A program made the position numbers and the translations under genes. The notes under the pieces were generated by a model. That model searched no databases. It saw only the letters and a program-made list of their open reading frames with translations, and had not been told where the DNA came from. DNA of 62,081 bases from Pseudobdellovibrionaceae bacterium (GTDB lineage: Bacteria; Bdellovibrionota; Bdellovibrionia; Bdellovibrionales; UBA1609), in assembly GCA_030591685.1 (NCBI GenBank), contig JAUVAX010000012.1, positions 1-62,081 on the forward strand, read 5' to 3'. Of this stretch, positions 59,616 to 62,081 are shown piece after piece (position 1 is the first letter of the stretch; each line of letters opens with the position of its first letter).

Positions 59616-60728
59616 TTATTTTTTTAGTACTTTTATAATTTTACCACTATCGGTAGAGAAATATAAATAGCCATCCCGACTTGTTCTGACATGACGGATG
59701 CGCTCGTTAAGGGCCTTAAACAATACCTCTTGCTCGACAACCTTTTTGTTTTTTAAAACTAAACGTCTTAAATGGGTTGAACTTAAGTTTGCTAAAAATA
59801 AATGCCCCCGCCATTCAGGGGTTTTATCGCCCGAATAAAAAGACATTCCTGAGGGCGAAATACTCGGCACCCAATGGGCCACGGGCTGTTGCATCCCCTT
59901 TTTTTGAGTTGTACCAATGCTTGGCCCCCAATACTCCTTGCCGTATGTAATTACAGGCCACCCGTAATTAGCCCCTTTAAGAATTAAATTTAATTCGTCA
60001 CCCCCGCGAGGGCCAAACTCGCTACTGTATATTAAATTATTTATTGGGTTTACATCGAGACCCTGTGGGTTTCGATGCCCGTAGGACCATATTTCAGGCA
60101 AAGCCTTTTTGTTTTTTACAAAAGGATTCCCCTTGGCCGCTTTGCCATTTAAATTGAGCCTTAAAATTTTACCATTATGTAAAGAGAGGTCTTGAGCGAA
60201 CTTTCGCTCCCCTCGATCGCCAATAGACATGTAAATATATTCACCCTGAAACAATAATCGAGAGCCAAAATGCCGAGTGGTATCACTTTTTACCTGAGCC
60301 TGAAAGAGGGTTTCAAGCTCTAATACTTTTTTATTACTATACACTCCACGCGCTAGGCTTGTGGTGATAAGGTCACCGACCCTTTCTGAAAATGTAACGT
60401 ATACGTAGTTTTTGCCCGAGTGTGGATGGTAATGAACATCTAAAAGCCCCCCTTGCCCGGCAGCAGTAACACTTGGGCCTTTGAGCTTTATTTTTTCTTT
60501 GGTCTTAATGTTAAAATAATAAAGGCCCCCAGACCTGTGTGTGATTAATAGTTCATTTGTAGAAATAAAGGCAAAACTCCAAACAACATCATCAGAGTCA
60601 TAAACCGTCAATAATTTATACGGACCCTCTTTGAGGGTCTCAACTTTTTTAATAACCGAGCACGCTGTAGAGCTTAACGTCATCATAAATAATATAAGTA
60701 AAAAATTTTTTAGCCCTTTATTTCTCAT
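59616..60728 (-). CDS. PQQ-dependent sugar dehydrogenase (YliI/GSDH family)
   Basis: GQGGLLD, HFGSR, YGHRNPQG, GPRGGDELN, NYGWP, SISPSG motifs. Confidence 0.93.
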   Translation of the reverse strand: MRNKGLKNFLLILFMMTLSSTACSVIKKVETLKEGPYKLLTVYDSDDVVWSFAFISTNELLITHRSGGLYYFNIKTKEKIKLKGPSVTAAGQGGLLDVHYHPHSGKNYVYVTFSERVGDLITTSLARGVYSNKKVLELETLFQAQVKSDTTRHFGSRLLFQGEYIYMSIGDRGERKFAQDLSLHNGKILRLNLNGKAAKGNPFVKNKKALPEIWSYGHRNPQGLDVNPINNLIYSSEFGPRGGDELNLILKGANYGWPVITYGKEYWGPSIGTTQKKGMQQPVAHWVPSISPSGMSFYSGDKTPEWRGHLFLANLSSTHLRRLVLKNKKVVEQEVLFKALNERIRHVRTSRDGYLYFSTDSGKIIKVLKK

Positions 60729-60752
60729 AGAGGCTCCTTTGAAGAAAGCAAC

Positions 60753-62081
60753 TCACTCCCAAATTTTAGTATTTGTACCTATAATATCTTGTATAACATC
60801 AGGCTCTTTAGGTGCCGAAGACGACATGTTTAAATACCCGGTTCGAGTCACTGCGATGTTGTCTTCAATTCGAACCCCTATGCCCCTTAATTCAGCCGGG
60901 GCCTCCGGGTCATGGGCAGGGACGTAGATCCCCGGCTCAACGGTAAACACCATGTTAGCCTCAAGCTCTCTTGGCTTTCCGTCAAGCTCATGTTTACCGG
61001 CATCATGTACATCAGAGCCCAACCAGTGGCTCACTCCGTGAGGGTAGTACTTTCTGTAAGCGAGGTCTTTAATAAGGGTCTCTTTTTTACCCTTAAGTAA
61101 TTTTTCGTCTATCATAATTTCTGTTAGTTTTTCAATTGTGGTGGTTTGCAGGCTTTTAAATAAAACTCCTGGCTTTATCATTTCAATGATAGATTTTTGA
61201 ACGTTTAATATTTTTTGATATAGTCGCCTTTGTGTGGGCGTAAACTCCCCACCAATGGGGTAGGTTCTTGTAATGTCGCCGGCATAAAAATTGTACTCTC
61301 CCCCGGCATCAACGAGTAATAAGTCACCATTTTTTAGTACCTGGTCGTTAAATTCATAATGGAGAGTTGTTGCACTATTACCGCCGGCCACAATGGCTCC
61401 GTAGGCCTCTCTGGCGCAGCCTCTTTGCATGATTTCTTTTATAAATAACCCGTGCAGGGCTCGCTCGTTAACCCCAGGGGCTGTAGCCCTCATCAGTGCA
61501 ACGTGGGCTTGGGCTGAGATTTCAGCCGCATTTTGTAACATCCTAAGCTCATACTCGTTTTTATAAATTCGCAAGTCTGCAAGCAAGGGGTAAGAGTCAT
61601 TTACGTTTAAATGCCCCTGCCCGGAGCGGCCTCGAAGCTTTCGGACCTCCTCCATGACGTGGTTAAACTCAAAATCAAACTCTGCATTTTGATACATTCG
61701 GTAATAGACCGTCTCGCTTTCGTTTAAAAGCTCGGCGGCCTTGGCCATAAACTCACTGCGCTCATAACACTCATCTATACCAAAAAGAGCTTTGGCCCCC
61801 TCGGTGCCGTACCTAAACCCATCCCAGGTTTCACGCTCGGGGTCTTTGGGGCGAACAAATAAAATAGTTTCTGGGGTTTGCCCCGGCCTGAAGAGTAAAA
61901 TTGATTCTGGCTCCTCAAAACCTGACAAATAATAAAAGTTAGTGTCCTGCCTATAAGCATGATCTACATCATTGTTGCGAATATGATGCGGATGAGAGGC
62001 CAACAACAAACTCGCCCCCTTGGGCACTAACTCTTTTAGCCTCTCTCGGCGGTTTAAGAAAATATTTATATCTATTTCGGG
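60753..62081 (-). CDS. pepP: Xaa-Pro aminopeptidase (5' end outside the window)
   Basis: YRQDTNFYYLSG, LHY, DAG, DITRT, HWLGSDVHD, TVEPG, RIED; frame is open to the window edge. Confidence 0.95.
   Translation of the reverse strand, partial: PEIDINIFLNRRERLKELVPKGASLLLASHPHHIRNNDVDHAYRQDTNFYYLSGFEEPESILLFRPGQTPETILFVRPKDPERETWDGFRYGTEGAKALFGIDECYERSEFMAKAAELLNESETVYYRMYQNAEFDFEFNHVMEEVRKLRGRSGQGHLNVNDSYPLLADLRIYKNEYELRMLQNAAEISAQAHVALMRATAPGVNERALHGLFIKEIMQRGCAREAYGAIVAGGNSATTLHYEFNDQVLKNGDLLLVDAGGEYNFYAGDITRTYPIGGEFTPTQRRLYQKILNVQKSIIEMIKPGVLFKSLQTTTIEKLTEIMIDEKLLKGKKETLIKDLAYRKYYPHGVSHWLGSDVHDAGKHELDGKPRELEANMVFTVEPGIYVPAHDPEAPAELRGIGVRIEDNIAVTRTGYLNMSSSAPKEPDVIQDIIGTNTKIWE

Overview
A gene-dense, AT-rich bacterial chromosomal window, most likely from a Bdellovibrionota (Bdellovibrio-like predator) genome. 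The taxonomic call is inferred from a Flp/Tad pilus cluster ending in tadZ-tadA fusion, tadB, a YD-repeat gene and a small secreted protein, which is the layout of the Bdellovibrio hit locus. The window holds: a split Mla/Mce ABC locus interrupted by lysS; mdh-sucCD-ndk; rlmD; pilF/rodZ with an ArnT-like glycosyltransferase and a PHP hydrolase; dnaQ-like exonuclease; nadE; the Tad/hit cluster; amgK-murU; a structured ~210 nt intergenic element ahead of a small membrane protein and a sodium:solute symporter; prkA-yeaH-spoVR; TPR plus LolB-like lipoproteins; a PhaR-domain regulator; LpoB-like plus COG3014 lipoproteins; an mreB-ECF-anti-sigma-histidine kinase operon; glpD; a signal-peptide-bearing NADAR protein; a HAD phosphatase; a PQQ sugar dehydrogenase; and partial pepP. 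No rRNA, tRNA, CRISPR array or transposase was seen. The best leads are the unassigned structured RNA with the AmgK/MurU/SSS cassette, the exported NADAR, the divergent Bd0108 analogue, and a TCTCA-N3-TGAGA operator accompanying sigma28-type promoters. All product calls come from motif recognition by eye, with no database search.
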